A stretch of 43,174 nt of DNA, taken from the NCBI GenBank assembly GCA_003990765.1, contig RBNJ01000080.1, forward strand, positions 1-43,174. The letters run 5' to 3'. The translations under genes and the position numbers were made by a program. The notes beneath the pieces are model-generated. The model saw only the letters and a program-made list of their open reading frames with translations. It searched no databases and had not been told where the DNA came from. This DNA comes from Jimgerdemannia flammicorona (lineage: Eukaryota). Below, piece by piece: positions 24,541 to 37,044 of the stretch (position 1 is its first letter; every line of letters begins with the position of its first letter).

Positions 24541-25277
24541 TGAGGAATACCGTCGGGCGCGAGAATCTAGAGAGAAGAAAGCTCTACCGGGTTGGTGGTG
24601 AGGTCGGATAGAGAAAAGTTGGATCGAGCCCAACTAGTTTTTTATAGATATATAAAGAAGAGAGGTTTCAATAATGGCACTGGTTTGTTCATGTTGTCTC
24701 GCACCCATCTATGTCTTGATCTCTTCGCGAACTTCATTAATGGCTCTTGTAAGAAATGACGGCGTTTGGTAGGCCATGTCCCACGGTCCCTAGGTTTATG
24801 GTTGTACATTTCTTACTCACTGTATTATGTCAACTCTTCACCTTTGGGTAAAGCCGTATATAATTTGCACATAAAGCTCATTTGGTTTCTGGAATCTCAA
24901 AGAGCCGATCTTAGATGAATTCCTTATTCGAGAAAGATAACTTAAGGAAGAAAGAGAGATAGGAAATTAGCTTGGCCGTATGGTGGGAGAAATCCAGCAT
25001 TGACGGGATTTTTGTAGATGTAGAATGTCGTAATTACCAGTGCTAGGTGACAATGGCCTATATAACAACCGAAATCATTGAAACCGTTTTGTTTATTGCC
25101 GCGCAGCCACAGACATGTGATAAGGGAGCAGAAACCAGCAGTAGAGGATGTTTGCTAGTATTGCTCGATAAATTATGTCTCGCGATATTTTCCATCAATG
25201 CGGATGACTAAAGATGTCCCATCATACTAAAATCTCCAAGGGAGTGCAAGCAGTTCCGTATTGCTCCAGTATCCTGT

Positions 25278-25312
<35 letters not shown>

Positions 25313-27430
25313 TCTTTTCGACACGTTCGAGAAATCGTGTTATTGGTGATATGCATTCTCGAGAAGAGACATTCAATCCTAAAAATAAGCGGTGTCCTCC
25401 AACATCAAACATCCCTAAAAAGCCCGCGCCCGCATAATAATTTAGATTATTCGTTGCTTTGATTGTGTTTTATTTATGAATGCGCAAATACAATATGTTG
25501 TATACAAAATAGAGAAGCGATGTATTAGTCTTCCATTTCACTGTTTCACGGCGCTACCGACGAGGAAACGAACAAAAAGTCGATACAATGATAGCGCCAC
25601 GCATCGACAATTAACGAACATGAAAGTGATCTACCATGGCCTTGTAATCTCGAATCGCTACCAGCTCTCCTGCAGGCTCAATGAGAGCCTTAGGTGGCCC
25701 CCTCCTAATGGTCTGCAAATCTCGTTCAATTTACTACTCACCTGTGTGACACAAGCATGGGTCGAGGGAAGACATAGGCAAAAGCTTCGGATGCCTGCTG
25801 ACAGTCTCAAGGGCGAAATAAGGTCGGAGTAATTGACTCTCGACAGCAGGGCGTATTATATACTTGTATTTTTCTTGTATAAAATTTATGCAGTTCCTAT
25901 ACAACGGAGTGGGGATACATCTGAATGTAAAATAATAATAAAATGATAAAGGCTGTATGCCTAAAGAAAGGAAGGGTAACACACAATATCTGGTCTACAA
26001 GGTGCACAATTTCCGAGTCGAGTGTTGATCCTCATTATGAGGGTAGGTGTTGCTGGCGCGTATTAGGATTATAGGTGTCTGCGCCCGTTCTAAAACATGC
26101 CGGAACCAATCGCTCGCGAAGAGCCACACATCGTGATGTGAGCCATCTCCGAGGCAGGTTTCACTGCATTTGTTCGAAAACGGCGAACGGAAAAAGGTAT
26201 TATTAATGAAGATCAGGGAACAGCTTCCAAGTAGTCGGCTACATATTAAGATGTGATCGCGCTAGGTTAAAATCGACCTAAATATGCGGAAGTAGGTCAC
26301 AACTTTATTGAATGCCCGATTTTTAGATGCAAATATACAAATATACACCAATACAAATATTGGCAGCATTGTATATTGTGTGACCCAACCGGTCAACATA
26401 ACGCTTGATCATTTGTCTTATAAGTTTACCTCAACTGGGGGTTTCAAATTTCAGACATGTGACGAAACTAATAATACTCCTTTTAATATACACACATATC
26501 ATTTGTTTCCGAAAAATCGGTCTCCGTCCTCTAGATATGGAAACGCCATTAACTTTCTTTAGAATCTTTATTTCAATTTCTTATCGTCCGTAGTTTGAAT
26601 CCGATCATTCGGGCAAGGGTTTATCAAAGCACAGGTTTTTTTTTGCTTCTTCCCTTGTTGCTCCCAGATAAGATTTGCCACACTGACAGCTCAGTATCAG
26701 GAAGGTCGACATTTGCCACGTGCATAATTACATAAGGTGTATCGAGAACACAAAGGCTGCATTGATAATGGGCAAACTGGTATATCGTTGGCAATTATTC
26801 TTATGGCACCAGTTGCATAATTTTCTGATACCCTCAGGCGTTACTATTTTTAACATTTGGCGCCAAGGTTTTTCGTTTGATGCATCCGCCCATCTCACCA
26901 ATCCTTTTATCGTTTGTCGTAGTCCCAGCACATATACCGCATTTCACGAAATTTTCCGTCCGCCCACAAGAAGGGTTGTTATCCCAGTTTGGACATGGTG
27001 TGACTGATGTTTGAGGATCGGACGGTGAATGGACGAATTGGGCGGAAAGCCTTCTGGTCGATGAGTCGCTCTGGAGAGTGCCGAGTCCAGACAAGTCGTT
27101 CTTCTGAGATGCCCAGCGGCTGATGTATGCCATCAAAGGCTTACACACGGAAGTTGAAAAGCCGAGTTGATCCGGCAGATGACAATGACACGCGGTGTGT
27201 TAATTTTCGTTCCCCTAGGCAAAAAGGGGATAAATCGAGTCAGGCCCTGGATAAGTGATTAATATCACATTCCCAAAATAGTAACACTTGTCAGCGCACA
27301 AAGTCAAAGATGCAACCGGTTATACCTTCATCCAACATTGCCGCGCGAAAATGCATAAAACCCAACTGACCCCTCCCCCCTTTTTTTTTTTTTTGCATCT
27401 TCATCCATTTCACACTCTTGTTCATACAAC

Positions 27431-29227
27431 ATGCCCTCTAAGACTCTTTATTTGCTCACCCTTTCCACCCTCGTCGCCGGAGCCTTCGCCGAATTCACTG
27501 GCACCTTCAAATACACTTATCCGCCGATACAGGCCATCCCGCCAGTGGATTCCGCTCAGGTAACGTTACCGACTAAGAAAATACGTCGCGAAACTTCGTG
27601 GAGGTCAGAAACATTGACACTATACTTGCCCGCTTCATCACCGTAGGTCAAACAATGGCTCTCAGAGATCGACATGACCAAGGTTCCCAAAGTCCCAGTC
27701 GTCAAGTGCAATGGCCAGACCCCTAATTCCAGCAGCGATAGTGCCTGCGACTGGTCCAACACTGGCTGGTAAGTGGGTGCCATTTATTTCGGCCAATGGC
27801 AGCAGCGAAAATCCTATCGGCTAATGCCTAGAGGGAGCAAATACCTTGGGTCCGTCGAACTATATTAACATATTACATCCACTTCACTGCAAATCAGCAC
27901 TACTGGCGATATCACTGTCTGCCCTAAAGGTGAATGGGGCCTGACCTACGATGGTATGTCCCTTAAGCTCGCTGCTTTTCATAGTCGACCGTGTACCATC
28001 AACTTGTTAAGCACACCACATTTCGGCATCATCTTCTAATATTTTCTTTCTTCACCACAGACGGTCCGACCCAGTACTCCCCTACTCTCTACGATTTCCT
28101 CGCCAAAAGTAACCAAAAGGCCACCCTCTTCTATATCGGCTCACAAGTGCACGATTACTGGAAGAATGCATTAATGGGCTGCGGGGCAGGACATCAAGTT
28201 AGTTTGGAAGTAATATGAAATGATGATCCTCGTTTGAGACTGCGAAATATAAACACTTTCTTTTATCTTCAGATTGGTGTGCACACCTGGTCACACAATC
28301 CGTCCACGTGCCTGACGAACGAGCAGTTCGTCGCTGAGATCAAGTGGACCGAGACCATCATCAATGAGGTCTGTGGCGTCATTCCGAAATAGTATGTATC
28401 CGGTGTCGGTACATATCAAGCTTGTTGCGATTATGAGTCTGTCCATAAAAGGAAATTGATTTTATGTCATACACAGCTTCCGCCCGCCTTATGGTGATGT
28501 TGATGACCGCATCCGCGGTCTGTTGACACAGATGGGTTACAAAAATGTTATCTGGGATCTTGGTGAGTGTGACGGAATGGTCACTCAAGCTGGTCTTGAA
28601 GAAAATAGATTTTTTTTTTTTTTTTGATAGTATCTCATGTTTCCGGTTGCATTTTAGATACCAACGATTGGGATTTGCCACCGGGCGGTAAGCTCACTGT
28701 CGACAAGGTCGACGCATCGTTCGCGGGCTGGATCGCCAATGCTCCCAAGGACACGACTGGCCACATCTGCCTCGAGCACGAACTGTACAACAGCACCGTC
28801 TCCGAGGCGATCAAGTGGCTGCCGAAACTGCAGAGTGCTTTTACTGTCAAGTAAGCCTATTTCGCGAGCTACCCAATATTTTGTGAAACGGTTACGAACC
28901 TCCAATAACTCACCTACCCTCCTCTTTAACCTCCTTATTATCAGGACCGTTGCCGACTGCCTGGGTGACGCGAATCCCTACCGCTCCGGTTCCCCGAACG
29001 TCACAGTCTCGGCCTCGGCTTCTATTTCCTCGGCCTCGGCCTCGGCATCGGCATCGACAACACCATCAGCTCCTTCTTCCATCCCGGCCGCCGCGGCTTC
29101 TGGCAGCACTGGGAACACGACCTCAACCCCAACCTCAACCCCGGCCAGCTTGGCATCGAAGTCCGGAGTCGCCAGCGGTGTTGTTGTTGCTGTAGTGGCC
29201 GTGCTAGTTGCGGCTTTGGTACTATAA
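27431..29227 (+). CDS. Chitin deacetylase (CE4/NodB), secreted and probably GPI-anchored, 8 exons
   Basis: Signal peptide MPSKTLYLLTLSTLVAGAFA. After splicing: WGLTYDDGP, KATLFYIGS, HQIGVHTWSH, KYFRPPYGDVDDRIR, WDLDTNDW, GHICLEHEL. Ser/Ala/Thr-rich stalk and a hydrophobic C-terminus. Confidence 0.95.
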
Positions 29228-29580
29228 CTTATGAGAAGGGTTTGGAAAGGCTGCGATTCAGATTCATTCATTGGTATATTACATTTCGTTTTTTATTTCA
29301 TTTCCCTCGATCCCTCCATTGGCGTTCTCCTTATCTGCATTTCTAACGCATTAACGCTGATGCTCAATAAAGTAAACGAAAGGCAAACATAAGTTCCGAT
29401 TTCTGGTGCCATTGGGACTCATTTATTGATGATGGCGCGGCATTGTACTTTGAATAGAGGACCCCTTACACAAACAAGTTAGACTGCCTAGAACCCTTTT
29501 TTATTTTTATTTCTCGTCTTTCCGAAACGCTACTTTGCTCAAACCGTCAGTGGCATTAAATTCTTTTTGTCTTAACCCTA

Positions 29581-31472
29581 CTACATCCTTGTTTCCGTGA
29601 TTCCCAGTTGCTTGCATAACCTTCCGCATATGTGATTCCTAAAATATGTCTCGATTCCATGGCGCCGGTAGTTTCCATCGCATTCGTGACTAAGTTCCTG
29701 CCAGAGGTCATCTGCAACGATATGGATCCCCTGAGTAGCGACGGATCCGGAAAGGAAAGCTAAATGTTGAGCCGATTCGCTCTGCAGCATGCAGAAGAAA
29801 CGGCTGTAAAATTTAAGACAAAGAGGCGAATCTCACCGGATCCGTAAGCTTAAGCTTGTGTACACTACCCTCGACCGTATATACACCCTGATGATCAACT
29901 ATCATGAACCGCTTGTTCGATGTGTGCCATGTCCAATGGGAGAACGCATCGACTACCTCGCACACGCGTGCAACGTCATCGCCCTCTGCATCATTGGATT
30001 CCGATGCGAGCTTGCCGAAGCTACTTGTATACTAAGAGTCGAGAATATACAAGATCTTGGTATGAAGGTTGCGATGAGTGCGAGAGATTGCTTCGCGTAG
30101 TACATTGCATTCGAATACATACCTTCTTGTATTTGACTGCGTCCAGCTTTTCCTCCATCATCATGCACGTCATATTGTCCGCCTCATTCTCTCTCATGCT
30201 CGATTTTGGTAACGGATCCTCAATCTCCACCAAGAATCCCTCGCAAAAATTCAACTTCCATTTAGTTGCACTCGCCCGCAATACTTTCATTGCCACGCCT
30301 ACGGGTTTCTCGAATGCGTGCCCCGCCAGCCTGGCCAGCACGGTTGACTTGATCACACGGTGTGCGCACCATGTGTCCTTATGCAGGCCGCGTCGCAATA
30401 TAAACACCTTCCCCACGTAGTCATTTTTATTCTGGTCCCGAACATGGAACACGCACCGGAAATCCCCGTGTGCCCACGGCCTCTCCAACGCAAACTTGAA
30501 CCGCGCCTTGGTTGCCGTGATAGCAAATGCCGTGTCACTGCACTGCACCGTCGACAACTTTACCTCTCCACCCCTACGAAGCAATGCCGCATAGTTAATG
30601 TTGGTACGCATCACTGTCCGTAGCGTGATCATCCCCCACTCGGGCGGTTTCAAGCACAAGTCGCCCAGCTTGTCCGTTAGCTCGCGAATCCGGTTCTGTT
30701 CGTTCAATCGCATATACAGGTCCGTCGTCTTGGAATATATTGCGTCGCACCGCTCCTCCAATTCCGCGAGCGCGTTCCGCGTGTTTGCTTTCTCCAGCAA
30801 CTGCGCTTTCTGCATGAAGGATTCTACAAGGATCTCCCGTTCTTGCTGTTCGATCTCCCGCCACTTGGCCTCGATTTCGCCCAGCGACAGGAGCTTCTCC
30901 AAGTCCGCGATGTACGGCTTGTACTCATCTTCCATCAGCTCTTGGAGCTCACGGCACTCCCTCTCGTATTCGGCTTGCTCCGTCGCTACCTGGTCGTTAT
31001 TCCTGAAAACCTCCGTCGTCCATTCAGACACATGCTTTTGTTTCTCGCGCGCCTCGTCGACCGACCGCGCCACGGTCTCGCACCGTTGGGCCTCGCACTC
31101 AGCCATGTGCATCAGCCGCGCCAACGCCCGCTGTTGCACCGCCACCAGCACCACTAGCTTCTGCACCATCTGCCGGCGACGATGCAGCTCGGCTGGGTAG
31201 GCTTCCACCCGCTCGGCCAGAGATTTCACCATAAACTCCATGGACGCAACCTGCGGAGTCAAGTCCGATGCGACTTCCAAAAGTTCATTATAATCGGATT
31301 CCAGTTGTGCGCGGGCGTCGAGGACAGCGTGTAGCTGGGAATCTGAGCGTTGGAGTTGGTCGACGAGCGATTGCTGGCTGTGCCGTTGTTTGTCGCGTTC
31401 AGTGGATAGTTGTTGCCGAAGTTGAGCGATTTGGTTAAAGAGTTGCACGTCATCTTCAGCAATGGGGATCAT
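29581..31472 (-). CDS. Alpha-kinase (eEF2K/MHCK-type) with long N-terminal coiled coil, about 564 aa; exons 31472-30123, 30031-29837, 29730-29581
   Basis: Exons 1350+195+150 nt, all phase 0. PWAHGDFRCVF, YVGK, MMEEKL..VKYKKYTSSFG, DAFSHWTWHTSNKRFMIVDHQGV, LTDPGIH and the Zn-binding tail GNYRRHGIETYFRNHICGRLCKQLGI. The first ~270 aa are Q/E/L/R-rich heptads. Confidence 0.9.
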
Positions 31473-31569
31473 TGTTGTTTCTAAGTATTATATTGTGCTC
31501 ATGAAACTTTTTGGATATAGCTACGCTCAAAGAGAAGTCTTTAAATTTATAGCCATAATTCAAAACTCT

Positions 31570-31602
<33 letters not shown>

Positions 31603-32139
31603 CTTTCTTAGCCTCACAAAATCTTGTTACATCGTGCATGACACGCAAGGTTGTGTATCTTTGAGTTGCCAATTATTGGGCATCCACTGTAGCTGAGTGA
31701 ACCCACAGGCGTAGGTTCGTCGTTGTCTTGCCTCCTGTAGTTTGAAGGGATAGACTTGACTCTTGCGCATTTCGTCTTCGTTGTTCGGCACTTAAGTTTT
31801 TGTCGTGGTCTGCCGAAGTAACACCTCTCCCAAAAAAAATGTTTGTGGTTGACAACATAAACGTAAGACTATTCCCGGCAAAGCTGATGTAGCATGAGTG
31901 GAGATCGAGTGTAAGGCAACCGACATTCAAAGTTGAACCCTCGACCACGGAGATTTTGTTGACAACCGATTACACCCCCTAATTGTTTTGCTTCAAAGTT
32001 ATGACTCATTTTATAAAAATTAAAGCACGATACATGGATATACATAATATTGTACAAAAACGCAGCTACGTATTGCTCCGATGTCGAGTAGGATGCCGAA
32101 TAGACAGCTTCCAAAATCTCAGATATTACGGTAGCGCCA

Positions 32140-33534
32140 TTATTGCCGGTCCAACGACATCCTTGTCACGTCATCGTTGGATGTAACCAAAGGTTTCACC
32201 GTGCTGAGCGCGCATACCTTTTGGAAATCACACCCAACCTTACTGGATACCAACTTCCTGAATGTCTCCCATGGACAAGCGTGCGCATCCTTAGCAGATT
32301 CGCCACCAACGCATCCAGGGATCGCGACGGGCCTCTCGTTGATCATCATGCGGATTTTGTACCCGGCGTTCGAGCAGTTCAACACCTCAAATACCATATT
32401 CGCAGCGAACGGCACGATCTGGCTGGTCCTGTACTTACGATTGCAGATGAACTGCGCGGTGGCATTCGCCAGCAACGGTTGGTCGTCGTGGCTGATGTTC
32501 AGAAGCGTGGCGAGGAACTTGATGGTTTCGGCGTGACCGAACTTGAATGTCCCGTGCTTGGCGGCGGGATTATTGGAGATCAGGGCTTCGATGTCGGTGA
32601 CGAGGTTGGTGACGAGATCGCACGCTAGGAATTCGTTAAGTGGGTTGCCGTACGAGAAGCTGAAGTACTCATCCATGTCCTCGATGTACTCGAGTGCTTC
32701 AACTTCCGGAGGTTGTAGGAGAGTGCACCAGGTCGAGGTGCTGCCCTTGAAGGAGGCTTCGTACCCGCAGAGGCTGTAAATGTCGGATATGTGCTCCGGT
32801 TGAAGGTCTAGGTTGGGAAATTGTGCGTTGAGGCGCTGTGCGATAGCAGGGAGGTGTAAGGATGCGAAGGCGTCTATCTGCGCGTCGCGGAAGGGGTTGA
32901 TACGTCCTTCCTTGAGCCATTTAGGGCAGGCGTGCTTCATGGCCAGCTGGCGATCGATACCCTTGGGGATGGTGTAGAGGAAAATGGGTTGAATCCTGGA
33001 GTATCCCAACGGTCCATCTCCCTCAAAGAGCCCAATGGAGAAGGCAGATCCCGATTGAGAAGAGCGGCTGGTATCTGACGCACGAAATTCAAAGATGTTG
33101 GCGTTGTAGGTGGAGTTGCGGAAGAAGCTGTTGTATCGGGCGGCGAGGCGCTTGCCGAGGAAATACAAATCCTTGTCGCCGGCGAGGGCAAGAAGGTTTG
33201 ATTTGAGAGGGTCGTACTGGTTGACCCAGGTACGGAGCCAACGGTGTTGATGGTCGATTTTAGCGTCGGAGAAGAGAGCGTAGAGATCAATGAAGCGTTT
33301 GGATTCTTTGTTGCTCGGGTAGCGGGTGCCATGGCGGGCGAGGACATGGATCTGGGCGAGCTTGCACGTGGCGTGGAGGACGATTGGGGACGAGATCCTG
33401 TTGGAAATTGGGTATGGGCCTTTGCTACCGAGATGATCCAAGATGTTAAAGGGGTTTGAATGGAATTCAGGGGCGGCATGGCAAGCCTGAAGGGCGAGGG
33501 AGAGCAGGAGGAGGGTACCGACAATGCTGGGCAT
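32140..33534 (-). CDS. Secreted histidine acid phosphatase/phytase (MINPP1-like), intronless, 464 aa
   Basis: Signal peptide MPSIVGTLLLLSLALQACHA, catalytic RHGTRYP, proton-donor motif FGHAET, RTSQIVPFAANMVFEV. Confidence 0.93.
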   Translation of the reverse strand: MPSIVGTLLLLSLALQACHAAPEFHSNPFNILDHLGSKGPYPISNRISSPIVLHATCKLAQIHVLARHGTRYPSNKESKRFIDLYALFSDAKIDHQHRWLRTWVNQYDPLKSNLLALAGDKDLYFLGKRLAARYNSFFRNSTYNANIFEFRASDTSRSSQSGSAFSIGLFEGDGPLGYSRIQPIFLYTIPKGIDRQLAMKHACPKWLKEGRINPFRDAQIDAFASLHLPAIAQRLNAQFPNLDLQPEHISDIYSLCGYEASFKGSTSTWCTLLQPPEVEALEYIEDMDEYFSFSYGNPLNEFLACDLVTNLVTDIEALISNNPAAKHGTFKFGHAETIKFLATLLNISHDDQPLLANATAQFICNRKYRTSQIVPFAANMVFEVLNCSNAGYKIRMMINERPVAIPGCVGGESAKDAHACPWETFRKLVSSKVGCDFQKVCALSTVKPLVTSNDDVTRMSLDRQ

Positions 33535-33926
33535 GGCAATGTGAATATGTGTATGTGTATGGCGCGAAGGCTGCGCTTTATAGAACTTAAGACCTGGAGG
33601 TCTCGGAATGTAAAGTGTCAACCTTGAATAATCTCACGTCCCTATTCACGTGTAGACCAAGCCACCGCAACGTGAAATGTTTCAATAACCCATGCAAAGT
33701 CTATCTGACCTTTGTGCAACAACGGAAGCTTAGACTAGGAGTATCCCTGGACTAAAAAAGAGCGTAGTATGCATCTCTATTATCCTACCCCGCGGGACAT
33801 GAAATAGACCGTTCTGTGCGCTATGCCTTTATCTTATCACCCGCCAAGCCACATCCAGTCACAATCTTTTTGTTTTGCTCACACCGACTGACACTCTCCA
33901 TCTGAAACACCTCGCTATCTTGCGCA

Positions 33927-35084
33927 ATGGATAACCTCCAAGTATTATCCGCTGGTGGGAAGGTCTATGCAAGGAAGCGGAGGGCCAAGAAGGAGACTGT
34001 CGACAAGATTGAGTTCGACTTTGATGCAAGGAAGTGCGTGTCTTTTTGAAACTTTACCTGTAACGTTCGTCTCTGTTCGCAGATAACCCCACCCCCCCCC
34101 CCCCCGCTCCCTACTCGATTCTCGTAATAATTGGATCACGTTCTATTCCGCAGAGAGTTTCTCACGGGCTTCCACAAACGGAAGCTCGAGCGAACGGCCA
34201 AGGCACGAGATTTGGCCAAGGCACGGGAACACCAAGCGAGGCTAGAGGCGCGACGAGAATCGAGAGAGGAACGAAAGAGATTGGCCGGGGAGAGAGTGGC
34301 AGAGATGGCTGTCCTGATGAAACGTAAGCATTTGGATATGTCCCCTTGACCTTTTTTTTTTTATTGCCATTTCAATCCTTTGCGGTTGGCCTGACCCGTT
34401 TCTGCCCGAAGACAACGTCGTTTATGCCATTATGATTACCTTACCAAAGAACAAATGGGCGGGCTTTCGGAGGAGGAAGAAGGCGAGACCGTATTTGACA
34501 CCCTTGAAGACGACATGGTTGATGACAATGAGCCAGCCGAACCTAAGGTGACGGAATTCAAAACGCCCAGCTCGCTGACCACTGTAACGGTGATTGAGGA
34601 TTTCGAGCTCGAGGACACCTACCAGTCCGGCAAGGCGCAGCCTCGGAAATCCCGAGAGGGAGATGAGGGGGCGAATGCGGATGAGGTGAGCCGAAGTCGG
34701 GCATGGTAATCGGGCAGGGAACAGAATGGCTTGTGGAACAAGTTTGATCCAACTCATGACACTCGACGATCACTATCTCCAGACCACGAATAAAGCAGCA
34801 AAGCAATACAAGAATACTGCACCTACGACCAAGTCGAAGTCAACGGCGCCAAAGTATGGGCATTGTCTAATTGCATCCTCTTTAAGTTTGTACGCATTGC
34901 CGCGGAACACCATCTCTTAACAATAATGGATCTTTCCTCCTGCCAACCCGCTTTCGTTTCCACTATCTCGACCAGAAAAAAATTCCGTTACGAATCCAAG
35001 GGTAAGCGGAGGTTGGAAAAGAAGAATGGGAAGTCTTATGATAGGGGTGGTGGGAATACGGGAAAGAAAGGCAAGAGGAAATGA
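33927..35084 (+). CDS. RRP17: Ribosomal RNA-processing protein 17 (Nop25/Rrp17/NOL12 family), multi-exon
   Basis: IEFDFDARK|EFLTGFHKRKLER, TTVTVIEDF and the C-terminal KKFRYESK..R basic tail. Confidence 0.88.
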
Positions 35085-35307
35085 GGTAGTAATTGCGAAC
35101 GATAAATTCTTATTGTTCCTGAGTGTGTAGAAAACATCTACGGAAAACCACATCTTTAGATTGTACAGTAAAACCACTTGAAGAAAAAAAAAAAAAGTCT
35201 ATAACAATGTTACAAGTTTGAATATCTCTGTGCGAGTATGACCATCCCAAGCAACGAAATCCGCATGCTGATCAAGTCCTAAAGTCTTGGCATCGTCCAT
35301 GTAGATC

Positions 35308-37044
35308 CTACGACGGCGCCACAAATATGCCCGAATAAGCTTCGTGCAGGTCGCGCTGGTAAGCGAAACGAGGATGATAACCGCCTGCGCGTAAGCCTCT
35401 GATGTTTTTCTTTTGTTCGTCGGTTTTATCTCTAGAATCGATAAGATGGTCGGTGACACTATAGGATCACATAGGTGAGAAAAATAGGATGTGTAGTTAT
35501 CAGCGATGTGCCAACATCCCCGGATATCTGGGACGGCCAACGGTCAGGGCCAGCCCGATCCGATACACAACGATCGAATATAAATTCGGGAAGGACACTC
35601 ACGGATCGTGATACGAGTTCACCACTGTGTACATCGGTGTCGGATCTTCGTAAGGCGAGGCGATGGGATCAATATCCACCATCTCTTCGTCTTCGTTTCT
35701 ACGATCGCCCTGTGACAGCGATATCGCCAGCAGGTCCGAAATCATGGGACGTTGCACGGGCGCTGCACCGGTGGCACTCTCCTGACGGGCGGCGGATGAG
35801 CGTTTAAGAGTGTTCTGGCGGGCGGCCAGGATGGATTGCGCGGATTTGTTGGAGTTGGCCTGGATCGGCGAGAAAATATAAGGTATCGTAGTGTTGAGTG
35901 AGTTAAGGTAGAATAGAATGGAGTTGGCTATGGAAAGCAGATCATGAACAGAAACGTACCAGCTCCTCGATCGCTTCGATTTCATTGGCTTTCTTCGCGG
36001 TTTCCTCCTCCTCAAGCTCGCGCTGATAAGCCTCGCGTTGTTGTTGTTTTCTTTCCTTCTCAAGCTCTAACTGAATGCTTAAATATTTGTCCTCATTGGC
36101 CTGCAGTTGCGAGACAAAGTAGACACATCATGAAAGCCAAAATTGATTACAGAACAAATATGTAAGAATCAAGAAAAACGGGAAAAGCTGAGAAATAAGA
36201 AGACAAAATGATTTCTCAATGTACTCTCTTTGATTCATTCGCAGCGATAATCTCCTTGTTTTCCTTCTCGTACCGCTGAACTCGTGCCTGGGTAGCGTCA
36301 ATATCAACTCCGTTGATCAAATTCCAGGCTAGTCATGACAACAACGAGACATCGGGATCGGAAATAAACTGACATCTCAGCGACAATTTCTTTTCGTGAT
36401 ATTTGTGGATCAAATTCCAAATAAAATGGCAAAACGTACTGATTTCTTCCACCTCCTCCAGGTAGTCGTTGTATGCGCGCAGGCTAGCGAAATCCTCCGG
36501 CCGCTTGTTGAAGCTTCAGTGATAGAAATTGTGGGGCAAGACGAGAAGAATTGAAAAACACGACGATGTTATTATTATTATTATGAAGTAGTAATATAAT
36601 GCGATTTTTGAAGAAATTCACAGAGCTCACATTTTTGCAACCTTCTTCCGTTCACGGACCTCTTTTTCGACTAAAAGGTCCTCAAAGATCTGGGACATAA
36701 ATTGTATTTTTCGTAGAATTGTCGTACAGACCGGGCATGGAGCCGGCCCGGCACTGAAGAGCCGGTCGATGCAAGATTCGCACCTGAATAGGGTCCAGGA
36801 AGATGGAATTAGGTACACACTAAAGAGGTATGAAACCCCCAGCATAATGGGAAACCTACATCTTGTGGAAGCAGGGACTAACTAGCAGCTTTAGATTCGG
36901 GGTCAAATATTTGTCGCTCTTGCACACAGGGCATTGGTCGTCGTCCTGTGACCCAGAGGTAAAGGAGTGTGTCAAGTGGCTAGATGGTAAGATACTCGCT
37001 CGACACGCTCCCCACTGAGACAGCTACGGGATGGTTACCGGCAT
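35308..37044 (-). CDS. TFB3: TFIIH/CAK assembly factor MAT1 (RING finger), 8 exons
   Basis: Spliced: MP|[105 protein letters not shown]; C-terminal LRAGGY...AYSGIF; stop TAG at 35308-35310. Confidence 0.95.

Noticed and set aside
26020-26105. tgatcctca...gagggt resembling a tRNA-Sec D-arm
   Set aside because: No TCA anticodon loop or cloverleaf follows.
26720-27150. Cys-containing short ORFs in the intergenic region before the chitin deacetylase
   Set aside because: No consistent frame, splice pattern or recognisable motif; no redox CxxU-type arrangement.
31890-31980. Possible tRNA-Sec (cgac-attcaaa-gttg mini stem-loop with TCA in the loop)
   Set aside because: No acceptor stem, D-arm, long variable arm or GTTC T-loop could be formed.
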